20,000 bases of DNA from assembly GCA_905331295.1 (NCBI GenBank), contig CAJNYD010000033.1:247443-267442 (forward strand). Direction: 5' to 3'. The first letter of the stretch is position 1; every line of letters begins with the position of its first letter. Positions 11,157-20,000 of the stretch are shown here, piece after piece. The position numbers and the translations under genes were made by a program. The notes below the pieces were generated by a model. It had not been told where the DNA came from, ran no database searches, and saw only the letters and a list, made by a program, of their open reading frames with translations. Source of the stretch: Rotaria socialis. Lineage: Eukaryota.

Positions 11157-14100
11157 CTGTAAACAGTAACGTTATAATATAATTAGATATGTGTAATATG
11201 TGAAAAAGACAAGTCATTTTATACTTGTCTAATTCGAGAGAAACTATAAGAGATTTTTCTTACTTGATTCAAGTCCATTTTTATCTGCTTGACATGAAGC
11301 AAGAATTATAGCACGACTTGATGAAATATTGTTCAATGTAAGTGTACTTGTAATAATATCAATTGAAATAAAACCAAGAATAAATTGAATGAAAAACATT
11401 TTTCATAAAAATCTCTTGTTTAACTTTAATTATTGATAGCTAGAATATTTTTATTGACGAAGTATTTAGATAAATCGATAGTCTGTTCTTGATCGACAAA
11501 TTTTCACTTGGCGTCGCTAAAATAGTATAGTAGTATCTTTTTTTCTCTCTCTCTGTCGTATTTACAAATTAGATAGATTCCGATCGATGATCAGAATGAT
11601 GGTTCCGATTATGCAAATAGACAACGGACGAACCGTTTTCTTAATTGAAATCTGTTCGCTAAGATCATATTTCATGATCACTTTCTCTTTGTCGATAGTT
11701 TACAGTAATAAAAAAAAGACATGTCTACCAACAAGAAGACGAGATAGAGAGAGAAAGAAGAACGATGCCTCCGTTTTCTTTTATATTGGCATGACCCATT
11801 TTGTAGTATGTGCCAATAGTTCACATGGAGAAAATAAATGGTCAGTTGTTTTCATTAGAACTTATTTGCATCTTGAGATGAGAGAAAGAAAAATTTGATC
11901 TTCATATATTTGTGCAAATTGACTTATGATTACTGACTTTTTTCTCTATGATGTGTGACTGATCATTGATACTTTCATTGATTTACATTTTATCACTGAC
12001 ATATGCAAGTGAACGAAAAAAAACTACATGAGTATATTTGTCTGAAAGAAAGTCTAGCAGTCTAACTAGACAGCTATGCATCATAGTATATAATGAAAGA
12101 TATAATGTTATGAATTTTATCAGATGTTTTACTTGTAATATTAGGTTAATTAATTGTCTACATGATAGAGAAGTGAATAAATAGATTCCATTAAAGATTA
12201 GCTAAACCTTAAAATGATATATAAAAATGTTGTCTTTATTTTATGCCTTTTTTTTGTTAGCATATAATTTATTGGAGGGTGTTGAACTCTTTTCTTTCTC
12301 ATTAACATACAGAGATAAGATCACATCTCCACAAAAACAAATTTCCTTCAACTTGATGTATTCGAATTAAATGACATTTTTGACATGTGATGGAGACACA
12401 ATACTCAAAAAATTCCAGGTTTATTTCATGACTTTTCCAAAAAAGTTGTCACTTCTTTTGAAAAATATCCTAGCATGTGGAGAATCATCCAGCTATTGTT
12501 TTTTAATTCTAATTTTATAAGGGAAGAAAAGCGATAGCAACGGATGGCCTATGGAGCAATGAATAACCAGTGATTATCAATTCATTTATAATTTCATTAT
12601 TAACAGAAAAGAAAGAAAACATAATTCCATGGTATGAGCTATTCTCATCTTGAAATCGTTGACGACATTTCTAATCATCATTGTGTGGGTATAAAAATAG
12701 TGCAGAAAAAAGATCACATTATATGTTATGAATGCCACAACTTTGAGCCAATAAATGTTCAATTCATATTTTGTCTGTGCTATTCTTGGGGGACATTAGT
12801 ATGATATAACACTAGTTATATTTCATCCTCTCAAAATATTTATCATGTATTTTAATTATTGCTAATGAAATTATCATCTTTTTGTTGATTTGTAATTCAC
12901 TTAAAAGAAAACCCTCTTTCACCATCATCTTGATTTGGAAACGAGAAAAAGATGTACAAGAACAACTAGTTGAATCTTGTTAGATAGAAACCAGCCATCG
13001 AATGACTGATGAAATTCCAAGAAAAATCTGCTAATTTCTAAAATTTGGATTTAGTAAGTTAAGTCGACAATGATTAGAACAGATAAACAGTCGATAGGCA
13101 TTAATAAGAATAGTCTTATTTTCACACCTTATTTGTCGTATGAATCATTTGGTATCAGTCGACACTTTGTAATATAATTATCTTTTATGAATTATTAAAT
13201 AAAAGTGAATTAGCGAAGAGACGATTTTTCAGGAAAAAAACTTTATCAAGAAGTCCTTTTGTTTACTTTTCAATCAAATAACAAGTGAATCATGTATTGC
13301 TTCAATGATGTGTACACAACGAGTGGTCTCAACATTGATTGTTTGAATGGCGATGAAGTCCATTCTTTCACCAACTCAAATCGAACAAGCACGGTTGTAA
13401 ACGAAAGTATATAGACTTCGTAAACCTCGACCTGGAAACTTGTTCGTTCTTACTAATGAATTGTTTCTTTCGTGATAAAAGTAAATCATTATGATCTATC
13501 GTAAGTTTACAGTAAGAAACCATCCTTGCAATCAAAAAAAGAGAAAATAAATGCTACTTGAATATTATCGTTCTTTTGGTTCTTAAAGATACTTTATGAA
13601 TATTTTTATATAAATTCTAAATCAAAACGAACATTACATAAATCAGGTAGATATATTGGTGTAAGAATGGATTGTAAAATATTAGGAGTGACCGTCGAAA
13701 GTGATAATATCAATTTGCTTGGAGAAAGTTAGAAACAAAAACACAGAAAAGAACAGCTAGAGCAATGCTGATTAGTGGCTGCTTTTGAATTCATTTTTTA
13801 AAGTTTTGCATTGGGAAAATGTTTTTTGAACAAATCAGAGAAATGAGCATCTTCAAAAATTTAATAGAAAACAATTTGTTTTTCTTTTGGATGTAATTAT
13901 AAAATATAAAACAATTTCGTTGACCATTATTTTTTGTGTATCATTATAGAATAAATCGTATCTCTGGAAAAAATATAAGTCATGTAAAGTTCTACAATAA
14001 ATAATTATTCTGCCTAAAATTTAGCACTGAATTGAGAAGCCATAAAGGATTATCGAGTATATTACTTATCAATAATGAACGATGTTACTCATAACTATCT

Positions 14101-14862
14101 TTGATATACATTAGATGCATATCAACATGTATTTATCATTATAATATTTAACATTTAAAAAAGAAGTTCAAACCTCATTATTAATACATTAGCATAAACG
14201 TTGTGAAAGTAAGGTTACGGGGGGCGATTTATTGGAATCTGTTAATCCACGTTATATATCGGGTATTGGTGATGAACCAAGGCAAGTTCTACAACCAATA
14301 ACTGGCTATGTTCATGAACCACTTCTATCATTAGAAGAAACATGTGAACCTCTTGTTAATGTTGTTCCAAGTTTACCAGCTCATATATGGGTAGCTAAAC
14401 AAAATTCCAAAGCTCTAGAAGATGATCTTACACAAGATGAATCAGCTGCTATTCGTCTGTATACCATGGAATGGGATCATATTCCTGAGCAACCACTTGC
14501 AAGCGTCTATATGCATCTTAATCGAACACTAAAATAAGTTGATTGAACAAAACTTCGACCATGGTTTCGATATTTAAAACTATTCCTTTCAGCCCTACCT
14601 AAAATACTATCAGCTCCTCGTCAAATAGTTGGCGTGGCATAAAAAAGATCAAAGTCTAGATCATTCACCAGATACAGAAATGGCATGGTGGGCATTTTCA
14701 TCTTGTACAACATTATTGGGTGTACTTGAAAGTGACCTATATTTGGGAAAGCAAAGTACAAGAACTCTCTTTTCTATTGATTCAATCAATGCTCGAACCA
14801 TTCGTGGTCATGCTCATTTTACTACTGAAGACGAAATTTTATTATTACCAGGAGCTTATTTT

Positions 14863-16634
14863 GGGTGCCTTACGTTTCGTCTCACCTCTTCCGAACACCG
14901 GTAAATGTTACCGGGTGTTAGGAGATGATTTTTTTTGGTAGAAATTTATGACGGTAGTTCGTAAACACCTATGTACCGGAGATCGTAAGAGACAGCAGGA
15001 AGATCGTAATATATTTACCGGATGTTCGAAATGGGGTATTTTTGCTATATTTAATGTAACACTCGAAGAGGGGAATGAATATGGTCGGGTGTTCGGAAAG
15101 TTATTCTAAGGGTACTTTAACATGGAGTTCGTAAAAGAATTTCTAATGATATTGTAATTGATATCCAGACTTTCTGTTCTAATAAACAATAATAGGTTGT
15201 ACATTTGATTACATTCATAATTATGTAAGTAGAAGATTATTCTTTCTCTACCTATACTCGATGTGCTATAGTTTTCGAAGTTGTGTCTAATTTTCTTCTT
15301 TTAATCTATTCATGAAACCAAGAGATAACAGTATTCCTGGCTCCGATAGAAGTGAAATATTATATAATGTAGAACAAAAACAGTCTCTATGTTCATAAAA
15401 TTACCTCCAGTTGCTGATTGTCTTCAATACGTACAAGATTCAAAATATTTGATTGCTCGTGAAAGATGCGAATTCATATCTCGTTTATTAAATAATAATG
15501 TTGCAGCAGCAAGAGACAGCTCTAATGTCGATTATGATGTTACAAAGTTAGGAACACGACAACAACAATCACAAAAACGTTCAAAAGAAACTGTGGTAGC
15601 ACCCACAGTATTCTCTTCGACACCAACATCGACGCATACACCACGTGCACAAAAAAATGTTATATCATCAACAAAAACGACATTATTATCATCAGGTACT
15701 AAGAAGAGTGCTTCTTCTTCACAATCATCTTCTGATGAAAGTTCTCAATCGCCACCATTAAAGAAACAGAAGAATAAAAATAATAAACTGATTAAAAAAC
15801 AAAAGCAACAACACGTGTTGAAAACAACAACTGAACAAGGTGCTCCGGCACCTCATTTACGTTCAATTCCAATATTGAGTCGTCTTAGAGTTAGACCCAA
15901 CGATCATACTGCTGGTGTTTCGTCGTCTTATTCCACATCATTATCTGAACCTGGTCTCATTGCTACAATATCGAAGAATAAACAAACAGCTAGAGTCAAG
16001 AAGCGTCAACATTCATCGAAACATAAATAGAACGATGATGTACATTCGCACTATAGTTACGAATAAATATATATTCCTTTTCTTTCAATAAAACTGATAT
16101 TTGTAATAGAGTGTATTGAAGGAATTAGAAAAACAATAACTAACACTAGAATTATAATAGTGAACAGAAGCAGAAGCTTGATTGCTTGAATTCATCGAAA
16201 CGTTCTCTATACATGATTTTAGGTTACGAGACTAGCATATCACTTCATATTCTCTCACAATCAACAAACCTTAACATACCTACGACAATTGTGTCGTTTT
16301 TTTTTATCACGACCTTCATGTCTTCGTCATTACGAACATCCGGACTCCGATTTTCAGCCAAATTTTGATGTCCGTAAAGAGAAAAATTTACATGGAGTTC
16401 TGAATCAATTCTGAAAATAGCTTTTTCAATGGTTATAATCGTTGAAAAAGCTATTGTAAAAATTGATTCCGAACTCCTGCACAGGCTTCATTCCGAACAC
16501 CCTGTATTTTTGTTGTATTTCATTTACGAACTCCATTCCGAACACCATAACATTTTCTTCATGTCCGGAGACCATAAGCATACTAATTTACCGGGAGATC
16601 GTAAAAATGGGATGAGATGAGATGTCATTTTCCC
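14863..16634. mobile_element. 1772-bp non-autonomous DNA transposon-like insertion with GGG...CCC ends and an 8-bp TSD
   Basis: CTTATTTT is duplicated at 14855-14862 and 16635-16642. Removing the insert rejoins LLPGAYF|EVKSRLNPAPDLYIIHLQQ. TIRs are imperfect, with many subterminal TTMCGAWCWCC repeats. Confidence 0.9.
15389..16030 (+). CDS. Transposon-borne 213-aa ORF of unknown function (short structured N-terminus, long basic Ser/Thr/Lys-rich tail)
   Basis: Longest ORF in the insert. AATAAA follows at about 16062 and 16088. Contains NLS-like PPLKKQK and KKRQ. No DDE motif recognised. Confidence 0.45.
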   Translation: MFIKLPPVADCLQYVQDSKYLIARERCEFISRLLNNNVAAARDSSNVDYDVTKLGTRQQQSQKRSKETVVAPTVFSSTPTSTHTPRAQKNVISSTKTTLLSSGTKKSASSSQSSSDESSQSPPLKKQKNKNNKLIKKQKQQHVLKTTTEQGAPAPHLRSIPILSRLRVRPNDHTAGVSSSYSTSLSEPGLIATISKNKQTARVKKRQHSSKHK

Positions 16635-17901
16635 CTTATTTTGAAGTGAAGTAAAATCTCGATTAAATCCAGCACCCGATTTATACATTATTCATTTACA
16701 ACAAAAAGTTCCACCACATATTCTTCTTGAACCACCATTTAAAGGTATATGTTCATTTCATTATTGATGTTAAATCTATTGTTTAATTTATATAAATAGA
16801 TGCTCAACTTTTTCCATCAGTTGAATCTGATTTTCCTCACGTAATTAATTTTTTTATAGCCATCGTAATGGATTCCTTTTCACTCTCTGCATAGGATTCG
16901 TCATTAGTTTTCTATAATAAACAACCAACGCGGTATGTGAATTGTACATTTATCATTTTTTTTTCAATTTTTATTTCATTGATATAGTCCTTGGTATAAG
17001 AAAAAGCGATTCATCTTCGGTGCCGTCTTAACAGCATTGATTATCATTCTCATTGTTCTTTTGGCAACACTCTTAGGAACTCGTAAAAGTGATTCTGGAT
17101 CAACAACTGCAACGACTACGGATAAATAAAACTCATTTCGTATCTTTTTTGTATTCTTTCTTTTTCTTTGTGTCTATCTGTAGCCGCCAAAAACTTATGA
17201 TAGTAATATAACTGTGTTTTCTCCAGTTTCTGTTGCTTATGCATTTTATTCTTTCGATCAGAATGTTGTTGATCTTTATCGCAATCATGATGGAAAAGTG
17301 AGAGGAGGCATGAAGAATTATATAGATGATTATATTGGTACTGGTCAAGCTATCCTCGTGAATGATTCATCAACGACTTGGATATCTATTGGAAACTCGT
17401 TTAATTTCAATAATACAAACTTTACTATTGAAGCATTCATTTTTCTTCTTACTGATTCGATAAATGCAAGTCTGGTTCAATTTTCATCTGGAATGTCATT
17501 TAATATCAGTATGAGTTATGCAAAATTTTATTTAAACTATAATAATACAGTTCATTCGAAAGATCCATTATCAATTAATCAATGAGATTATATTGCAACT
17601 GTTTTAGATATATCTGAGGAAAGCATAACATTATTCGTCGATGATAAACTTTCTGGGCAAATACCATTTTTACCAAAGACGATTTCCAATAATGAAAACG
17701 TAACACTGACAATTGACTATGGATTTCAAGGTATAATAGATTAATTATCGATTTCATTAAAAGCTAAAACCGGTGATAGAATTCTATGAGATACAGGTGT
17801 TCTTGGTTACTATCCTCTTGACAAAGGAAATAGTGGGTCAATATTTGATTACGGACTTAATTCTCAAAATGCGACTTCATTAGATACAAAAGTAGTTGCA
17901 T

Positions 17902-18133
17902 GAGTTGTCTAATTCGAATTCGATTATAAATGGAGAATGAAGTAATCATTACCACTTCGAATATAATTTAATAAAAAAAACGACCGCACCCATGTTGATT
18001 GCAGCAAAAAAGCAAAAGAAAAAGTTTCATTTATAAATTTATAAATGAAACTTTTTCTTTTGCTGTTTTGCTAAAATAACACGGAAGTGGCGTTTTTTCC
18101 ATTTATTTTCGAACTCGAATTAGACATCTACTC
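17902..18133. mobile_element. Foldback/MITE element with terminal inverted repeats and a central perfect palindrome
   Basis: Ends GAGT-TGTCTAATTCGAATTCGA..ATAAATGGA and TCCATTTAT..TCGAACTCGAATTAGACA..ACTC. Perfect 54-bp palindrome at 18011-18064. Possible degraded 9-bp TSD: TAGTTGCAT / TAGTTTTGT. Confidence 0.75.
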
Positions 18134-18730
18134 TAGTTTTGTGAAAGACACTGTTTCAAATCCGTTGAGAAATTTATCTTACGAAAAAACGCAGCACTTG
18201 TCTATGAATTAATGATAAAATTGATTAGAGAATGACTGTTGTTTGCTAAGAAAGCCTATAAAACATTGAATAGATATTGATATGGCTTTGCATGATCATG
18301 TTCTTTTATTAGGCTTTATTTTATATGTAAGTTATTTTCTTTTTATTCCGCTGTATTTACTCACGCATTTCTATTTACATGATTGCGTAAATAGAGAAAG
18401 ACAGAGACTTCAATTTTAGTCAAACTATAGTTTTATCCACAGTATACTTGCGGCACTACCCACAAAAGTATGCAGACTGAGAAAAAAGGGACCCTATTTG
18501 GAATCAACGATTTTACCCCAACTTTCTTCAAGAAATGTATTTAAAAATTGTTTCGGTGTCTTTCTATTGTAAAATCATTTGCATGAAACAGAAATAAAAT
18601 ATTCATCCCCCTTCAAATTTATTCGAGATTACTATTAATTGGAATATATATATGGCTTTTATTCTATTCTTTTGTAGAATACATATACTCATTTATTTAT
18701 ATAGAATTCAAGTAAAGACGTATATTCATT

Positions 18731-20000
18731 ATGTGTGCAAGTTCATCAAGTAGTATTTTGAATAACTTTTCATTACAATATCTTAACTTAACTATCTTTA
18801 CAGCCTGTCCATTCTACTCTACTTCATTTGAAAATCCATGTGATTCCGGATTACTTGAGATCATCGGACAGCCATGTTACACATCGAAATTACGATACCG
18901 TTCCGATTATGTCAGTAAAACAAAGCGTCGTGGAGTTCTTCATAGTACAAATAATCCAAATTATCAATATCCAACTATTCGAGTATATTTTCTTTAACAT
19001 TTTTTTGCCAACAACATTACGCTGTCTTTTACTTCTAGATTCCAAGGCAATATATGATTCCTACCGACGAACATTATATTTGTATTTCTCTTGTGACCGT
19101 TGAAAACGAGACAACGAAATATCGTTATGTACATCCATATGAACTAGAAGATGTTGATAATCAAGGTTATCATGATAGAAACCATAATAGTATTTGGTAT
19201 TCCATTCAAATGGGAGATATTGATGGAATTAAAAGGTATACTGACAGTAGAGAAGAAGAAAAGAAAATTTAAAAAAAACGTGTTCGTTCCTATTTTAGTT
19301 TTCCTAATTTACGTATTGTAAAGAAAAAAGCAGCTGATCTGAAGAATTATGGTAACTTGCAGGTATTCAATTGTCTTAGTAAGTTTTTGGTTAAATCCTA
19401 CATGAAAATGAAAAGATAATTTTCCTTGTCTTTTTTTTTAGATAACGAATCCAGTTCACAATTATTATCTATAAAAGATACAATTAAAGAATTTAATCTT
19501 GAAAAAGCTCAATTGGCAATTAGTATAGGAAAGAAAGCAACAAACACTAACGATAACGATACTATATGGATTATATATAATCGTACGACAGTACTCTCAG
19601 ACGAACTTATTCAACAATTTGGTAAAGAATCATACGCAAATTGTACACCTTCTGGCACGAGTTCTGTAAGATTCAATTCATCAGAAGAGTCTGATTGTCG
19701 TGTGTACAAATATGCACCGAAATTTAGTTACGCGGATAGTAGTGATGAAATACTTATCTTCTATACAAATAGACTTCAGCTTAAAAAATATGGAGGTTAG
19801 ATAAAATCAAGCTTGTTTCTTAACTTCTTGTAGTTTTTCTTTGTATAGAGTTACAAGTTACATTCGAATTTGAGGGACCCAATGATAAATGGACAGAACC
19901 TGCTCTTGAACTAGAAGTCATAGATCGAATGGTATCATTTCGAGCGCCGATTTTCCCATTTCTCATTAACTGTGCTACAACGGTCAATATTATATTGACA
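18731..20000 (+). CDS. Divergent Rel-homology-domain transcription factor (NF-kB/NFAT-like; RHD plus IPT), 3' end beyond the window
   Basis: Exons 18731-18749 (tentative), 18804-18982, 19039-19235, 19299-19378, 19442-19795 and 19849-20000 splice in frame with no stops. Motifs occur in RHD order: LEIIGQP, LRYRSDY, YPTIRI, ISLVT, VHPYEL, SFPNLRIVKK, EFNLEKAQL, VLSDEL. IPT motifs follow: RVYKYAP...DEILIF, LQVTF...W, VSFRAPIF. Confidence 0.82.

Larger units (their letters stand above)
14193..17900 (+). pseudogene. ADP-ribosyltransferase (ARTC, R-S-E) - TM - LamG/ConA-like fusion gene, disabled
   Basis: Reconstructed segments: about 14193-14862, [transposon], 16643-16744, 16800-16840, 16895-16932, 16988-17120, 17184-17900. 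ART motifs: ESAAIRLYTMEW, V-W-R-G (14630-14638, between two 1-bp deletions), WWAFSSCT, EDEILLLPG. Then RPWYKKKR plus a hydrophobic helix, then YSFDQNVVD...FTIEAFI...W.YIATV...LFVD...FQGIID.L...GYYPLD. In-frame stops at 14535, 14544, 17583, 17742 and 17787. Start codon not identified. Confidence 0.85.

Noticed and set aside
11127..11190. 14-bp inverted repeat around the (TA)n tract
   Set aside because: Almost all A/T and overlapping a microsatellite, so likely chance.
10135..11898. ORFs 10135-10452(-), 10257-10460(+) and 11587-11898(+)
   Set aside because: Low-complexity and homopolymer-derived, with no recognisable domain or consistent splice structure.
12440..12570. EKYPSMWRIIQLL...EEKR resembling the HPxIWxFI motif of Mutator transposases
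   Set aside because: Too short and degraded, with no catalytic motifs or termini nearby. It cannot be supported without a search.
14889..16604. Repeated 11-bp motifs as a CRISPR-like array
   Set aside because: The repeats are too short, irregularly spaced, mixed in orientation and confined to transposon ends in a eukaryotic context.
14535..17789. All five nonsense codons in the ART-LamG pseudogene can be explained by C:G>T:A changes (RIP-like or methylation-driven mutation?)
   Set aside because: Stops commonly arise from CAA, CGA and TGG, and the genome is AT-biased. Ancestral codons are guessed and the sample is too small.
14535..17903. In-frame TGA/TAA as recoding (selenocysteine or alternative genetic code)
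   Set aside because: Stop types are mixed and co-occur with frameshifts and a transposon insertion. Neighbouring intact genes use the standard code.

Overview
AT-rich eukaryotic DNA with mostly 45-65 bp GT-AG introns. Intron size, composition and gene families suggest a bdelloid rotifer (inference). Left to right: (1) 3' part of a VWA3B-like gene (+, 37..9147) ending in repeated DUF4537/Tudor-like modules. Its 5.8-kb intron holds an antisense, decayed but apparently full-length LINE (14-bp TSD), which itself carries a MITE. (2) A convergent, very short neurexin-like membrane protein gene with no LNS domains (ends KEWYV). (3) About 4 kb of mostly non-coding DNA with a MITE. (4) A pseudogenised type II membrane protein that fuses a cytoplasmic R-S-E (ExE) ADP-ribosyltransferase to a TM helix and extracellular LamG/ConA-like domains. 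It is split by a 1772-bp GGG...CCC DNA element (8-bp TSD, polarised 11-bp subterminal repeats) and ends at a foldback element with a perfect 54-bp palindrome. (5) An intact, highly divergent Rel/NF-kB/NFAT-type (RHD+IPT) transcription factor gene running off the window. All calls come from manual reading and remembered family motifs; no searches were run.
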